From Candidatus Eiseniibacteriota bacterium (lineage in GTDB: Bacteria > Eisenbacteria > RBG-16-71-46 > CAZEPH01): a stretch of 12,940 nt of DNA. Every line of letters begins with the position of its first letter. Position 1 is the stretch's first letter. Shown here piece after piece: positions 6,930 through 12,940 of the stretch. The notes beneath the pieces were generated by a model. The model did no database searches. It was not told the origin of the DNA and saw only the letters and a list, made by a program, of their open reading frames with translations. The position numbers were made by a program, and so were the translations under genes. The stretch spans positions 1 to 12,940 of the forward strand of contig JBGATO010000092.1 in the NCBI GenBank assembly GCA_044229145.1, read 5' to 3'.

Positions 6930-7898
6930 TCATCCGAGGGCGATCCCGAGTCGCGCGGCCACCTGCCGTGCCGTCTTGGCGGGCTCCTCTCCCACCGCCA
7001 ACGGCAGTCGCTCGACCTCGGGCCGGGCGGCGAACCAGATGCGCTGGCGACGTGCGTATTGCCGCGTGGCCCGGGCGATGGCCTCGGCGACGGCGGCGTC
7101 GCCGGCTGCCGCCAGCGCGGGATCGAGGAGCGCGGCGTAGCCGACGGTCTTGCGCAGCAGCGCGTCGGCCTCGGGCCAGCGCGCGAGCACCGCGGCGCAC
7201 TCCTCACGAAGGCCATCCCGCAGCATGGCAGCGGTGCGGGCCCGCACGCGGGCATCAAGATCCTCCGGCGCACGCTCGAGGTAGACGACGTGCAGCGCTC
7301 GCACCGGCTGCGCGGCGCGGGCACGGGCACGCACGGCCGACGGCGCTTCGCCGGTCAGCCGGTAGATCTCCAGCGCGCGGACGACGCGAACGCGGTCGCG
7401 CGGCGCAAGGCGCGCGGCACTCGCGGGATCGATGCGTGCCAGGTCGGCATGGAGCGCGGCGTTGCCGCGGGCCTCGGCCTCGGCCACCAAGGCCGCGCGC
7501 ACGGCGGGATCGGCGGGCAGATCGGCGGCCAGCGCGCCCCGCACCGCGTCGAGGTACATCCCGGCGCCGCCGACGTAGAGCGGCACCGCGCCGCGCGCGC
7601 GGACTGTCGCCTCCACCGCCCACGCCGCCCGCGCGTACCGTCCGGCGCTCATCACGTCATCGGGGTCGGCGAGATCGAGCAGATGGTGCGGGACGGCAGC
7701 GCGCTCCGCCGCCGTCGGGGCGGCCGAGCCGATGTGCAGGCCGCGATACACTTGGCGCGAGTCCGCCGACAGGATCTCGACCGGCACCGCACTCGCGCGG
7801 GCCAGGGCGATCGCCACCGCGGTCTTGCCGCTCGCGGTGGGCCCGGCGAGGGCGAGCACCGGCGTCGACGGCAGCGCCGCGGCCGGAGCGTCAGGCAT
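6930..7898 (-). CDS. miaA: tRNA dimethylallyltransferase MiaA
   Basis: P-loop GPTASGKT, SADSRQVY, PHHLLD, VGGAGMY, DRVRVVRALEI, VGY, ATRQYARRQRIWF. Position downstream of mutL is typical. Confidence 0.95.
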   Translation of the reverse strand: MPDAPAAALPSTPVLALAGPTASGKTAVAIALARASAVPVEILSADSRQVYRGLHIGSAAPTAAERAAVPHHLLDLADPDDVMSAGRYARAAWAVEATVRARGAVPLYVGGAGMYLDAVRGALAADLPADPAVRAALVAEAEARGNAALHADLARIDPASAARLAPRDRVRVVRALEIYRLTGEAPSAVRARARAAQPVRALHVVYLERAPEDLDARVRARTAAMLRDGLREECAAVLARWPEADALLRKTVGYAALLDPALAAAGDAAVAEAIARATRQYARRQRIWFAARPEVERLPLAVGEEPAKTARQVAARLGIALG

Positions 7899-7910
7899 CG
7901 CGGACAGCGG

Positions 7911-9371
7911 CTAGCGCGGCACGCGGGCCGGCGGCAGCGCCTGCGGATCGCGGTCGCCGAAGCCGTCGAGGATCGGCACCGGATCTTGGCCGCGACGGCG
8001 GACCAGGACGGTGCAGCCGGCGTACTCGGCGTCGGAGGTCATTTCGAGGATGGCCTCACCGCCGGCGAGTTCCCCGGCGGGCGCCTTGGCACGCTCGTAG
8101 CGCGCGACACGGCTGCCGGGCACGCCGCGGCCTTGCGCTACCGCGATCTGCCGCACGCGGCTCGCGCTGCCGAGGCTCGCCAAATAGGCCGCCACGGTGT
8201 CCGCATCGGCCTTCGCGCCGTAATAGCCCACCGCCACGCCCCACTTTCCGGCGCCGTCGGCAATCGGCCACGCGTGATAGCCGTTGGTGGTGAGACTCGC
8301 GGCCAGCTCGTCGGCACGCGTCGGGTCCGCGAGGCCGAATGCTTCGGCCAGCGACAGCGTCCCCGCTGCCGGCAGCGTGCGCGCCCAGTCGACGTGCGCG
8401 TCCGGCAGAAGCGCGGCACGCTGCGGCGCCGCACCGGCCGCCGGCACGGTCACGCGGAAGAGCCGGTTGCGGCTGTCGTTGTACCAGAACGTCCCCGCCT
8501 CCCCCAGTGCGCAGCCGACCATCGACACGTCGGCATCGAGCAGGTGGAGCGTCTTGGTGCCCGGCGTGTAGACGACGCATGCGCTGCGCGAGACGAACGG
8601 CCGCTTGCGGTAGAGCCCGACCGACGCCACCCAACGTGGCGTGCCGGGGATCTGCTTCGCGTAGACGACGGTCAATTCCGGCGGTGTGCCCTTCGGCGGC
8701 GTCGTCACGCCGAGCGCCCGCGACAGCGCGCGCACGAACGCCGCCTTGGCGACACCGCTCTCCATGGGCGACGGGGTGCGGGAACTCACCTGCAGCCGCA
8801 CGAGATCCGCCAGCTTGCCGTCGAGTGGCGGGCGCGGGCCATCCGGCTGGAGGCCGCGCAAGGCGCCGAGGGACACCGCATCCGCACCGCGGTCCACCAG
8901 CCATTGCTCATTGCACCCGATCGCGAGGTCGGTCAAGCACGCCGTCCAGCACAGCAGACGGCCGTCGCGCGCGAAACCCATCCGGCGAATGTAGAGATCG
9001 TTCGCCGGCTGGCGCCACACCAACTGCCGCGCGCGGCCGCCGCTCGCCGGCATGATGTAGGCGCCGGTCGCGTCGTTGAACACGATGCTGTCGCCCTTGG
9101 CGTTCAAGGCGAACGCTTCGATCTGCGGACTCGCGCAGCGTACGCGGCCGGCGAGCGGGTCGATGAGCACCGTGTCGATGCGCACCGGCGAGGTCGAGGA
9201 GATGTCGAGCGCCACCGTCGACATCTCGACCGCGAACGCCGATCCGTCGGGCGCCCACTGCACGCGGTTGAACGTGGCGAACGGAAGCGTCACCGCCCCC
9301 GCCGGCGCGGCGGCGGCCATGCAGGCCATCGCCGCCAACACGACGCGCGGGCAGAGCTGTCGCAGATGCAT
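7911..9371 (-). CDS. Secreted hypothetical protein (486 aa): TolB/WD-like beta-propeller segments plus SPOR-like domain
   Basis: RBS AAGGAGAGG before ATG at 9371. Signal peptide MHLRQLCPRVVLAAMACMAAAAPAGA|V. Blade-like motifs VQWAPDGSAFAV, FALNAKGDSIVF, GFARDGRLL. SPOR-like stretch ADELAASLTTNGYHAWPIADGAGKWGVAVGYYGAKADADTVAAYLASLG (~8150-8355). The gene fills the mutL-miaA gap. The gene is well supported; the domain calls are tentative. Confidence 0.75.
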   Translation of the reverse strand: MHLRQLCPRVVLAAMACMAAAAPAGAVTLPFATFNRVQWAPDGSAFAVEMSTVALDISSTSPVRIDTVLIDPLAGRVRCASPQIEAFALNAKGDSIVFNDATGAYIMPASGGRARQLVWRQPANDLYIRRMGFARDGRLLCWTACLTDLAIGCNEQWLVDRGADAVSLGALRGLQPDGPRPPLDGKLADLVRLQVSSRTPSPMESGVAKAAFVRALSRALGVTTPPKGTPPELTVVYAKQIPGTPRWVASVGLYRKRPFVSRSACVVYTPGTKTLHLLDADVSMVGCALGEAGTFWYNDSRNRLFRVTVPAAGAAPQRAALLPDAHVDWARTLPAAGTLSLAEAFGLADPTRADELAASLTTNGYHAWPIADGAGKWGVAVGYYGAKADADTVAAYLASLGSASRVRQIAVAQGRGVPGSRVARYERAKAPAGELAGGEAILEMTSDAEYAGCTVLVRRRGQDPVPILDGFGDRDPQALPPARVPR

Positions 9372-9403
9372 GTCCTCTCCTTGCGGGACGCGCCGCGGCC
9401 GGC

Positions 9404-11259
<1,856 letters not shown>

Positions 11260-11263
<4 letters not shown>

Positions 11264-12940
11264 GCGTCGGGGCTCCCATAGCGCTCGCGCAACTCGGCGA
11301 GCGCGTTGAGCGCGGCGAGCGGCGTCAGCGCGTTGACGTCGAGCGCGTCGAGACGCTGGCGGATTTCGGCGAGCAGCGCCTCGCTCGCGGCGGCAGCATG
11401 CGCGGAAGCACCAGGCGCGGCCGGCCGCACCGGCGGCGCGAACAGCGCGATCTGATCGGCATCCGCCGCGGCGGCGCGGCCATTGACGCGCGGCGCCGCG
11501 GCCATCGCCAGCGCCGGCACCGTCCCGTCCGGCAACGGCACCGTCTCCGCCGAGAGTCCCGCCTCGAGATGCGCCAGGATTTCCCGCGCCCGCGCAATCA
11601 CCGCGTCCGGCAGACCCGCGAGCTGCGCGACGTGGATGCCGTAGCTGCGATCCGCCGCGCCCTCGACGATGCGGCGCAGGAAGATCACGCGGTTTCCCCA
11701 CTCCTTCACCAACACGTTGAGCGTGCTGAGGCCCGGCAACGCGCCGGCCAAGTGCGTGAGCTCGTGATAGTGCGTGGCGAACAGCGCCCGCGGCGCACCT
11801 TGTGGCGCGCGCAGCAGGTATTCGGTCACCGCCCACGCGATCGACAAGCCATCGTAGGTGCTGGTGCCGCGCCCGATTTCGTCGAGCAACACGAGCGAGC
11901 GCGAGGTGCAGCCGCGCAGGATCGTCGCGGTTTCGATCATCTCGACGAGGAACGTGCTGCGGCCGCGCGCAATCGCGTCGCTCGCCCCGACGCGCGTGAA
12001 CAGCCGATCGGCGACGCCGATGCGCGCGCGCGCCGCCGGCACGCACGCGCCGGTCTGCGCCAACAGCACGATGAGCCCGACCTGCCGCAGGAACGTCGAC
12101 TTCCCCGCCATGTTCGGCCCGGTCACCAAGCTCACGCGGCGGTCCGGCTGGCCGAGCCGCGTGTCGTTCGGCACGAACTGCCCGTGCCCGAGAAGCGCGT
12201 CGACCACCGGATGGCGCCCTTCGTCGATCTCGAGCGCCTCGCTGTCGTCGATCTCCGGCCGCACGTAGCCACGCGCCTCGGCCACCTCGGCGAGCGCGGC
12301 GAAGACGTCGATCCACGCCACCGCCTGCGCGCCGGCGCGCAGTGCGGCGATGTGCCGCGCGACCTCGCCGCGCAACGCCAGGAAGAGTTCGTGCTCGAGA
12401 CGCGCCGCGCGTTCCTCGGCGCCGAGCAACTTCGCCTCCATCTCCTTGAGCTGCGGCGTGACGAAGCGTTCGGCGTTCACCAGCGATTGCTTGCGCTGGT
12501 AGTCGTCGGGGACGCGGTGCGCCTGGCCGCGGCTGACCTCGAGGTAATAGCCGAAGACGCGGTTGTAGCCGACCTTGAGCGTCGGGATGCCGGTGCGCGC
12601 GCGTTCGCTGTCCTGCAGGTCGGAGATCCAGCGCTTGCCGTCGCGCGCCGCGTCGCCGATCACGTCGAGCTCGGCGTGGTAGCCACGGCGGAAGATGCCG
12701 CCGGCGGTGAGCACGAGCGGCGGGTCGTCCACCAACGCGTCGCCGAGCAGTCGCACCAAGCCGGCGGCGTCGGGCAGTGCCGTCACGGCATCCGCGAGGA
12801 GCGGCGGGAGCGCGGGGCGCGCGGCATCCACCGCGACCAGCGTCGGGCCGCCGGGCGCCGCGTGCAGCGCATCGCGGCCGAGCACCAGCCGCGCGAGGGC
12901 GTCGCGCAACGTGCCGAGATCGCGCGGCGTCGCGCGCTCG
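11260..12940 (-). CDS. mutS: DNA mismatch repair protein MutS (C-terminal part; frame open to the window edge)
   Basis: ATPRDL at the window edge, KVGYNRVFGYYLEV, ERFVTPQLK, GRHPVV, Walker A GPNMAGKST (12094-12120), STFLVEM, Walker B LLDEIGRGTST, FATHYHEL, SYGIHVAQLAGLP, C-terminal LTPLAAL. Confidence 0.98.

Noticed and set aside
9294..9371. Lipoprotein signal in the propeller-SPOR protein (AMAC)
   Set aside because: Poor lipobox match. The hydrophobic/Ala run continues to a clear A-G-A signal peptidase I site.

Overview
Very GC-rich bacterial chromosomal segment, mostly housekeeping genes on the minus strand. In transcription order (right to left): mutS (5' end outside the window), mutL, a secreted hypothetical protein (beta-propeller-like plus SPOR-like), miaA, tRNA-Gly(CCC), a PDZ/DUF512 radical-SAM-type protein, der(engA), [insert], plsY, gpsA, a MerR-family regulator and tRNA-Pro(GGG). 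The only credible plus-strand gene sits between der and plsY, splitting the otherwise conserved der-plsY-gpsA cluster. It encodes a secreted protein with two tandem C-type lectin domains, both keeping the EPN and WND Ca2+/sugar motifs, and a C-terminal FlgD-Ig/T9SS type-A-like tail. That tail plus the high GC suggests an FCB-affiliated lineage such as Ca. Eisenbacteria, Krumholzibacteriota or Latescibacterota (inference only). I found no mobile element, CRISPR array or defence island. The best novelty candidates are the tandem lectin and the propeller-SPOR gene inside the mutS-mutL-miaA operon. All family calls come from motif recognition by eye; no searches were run.
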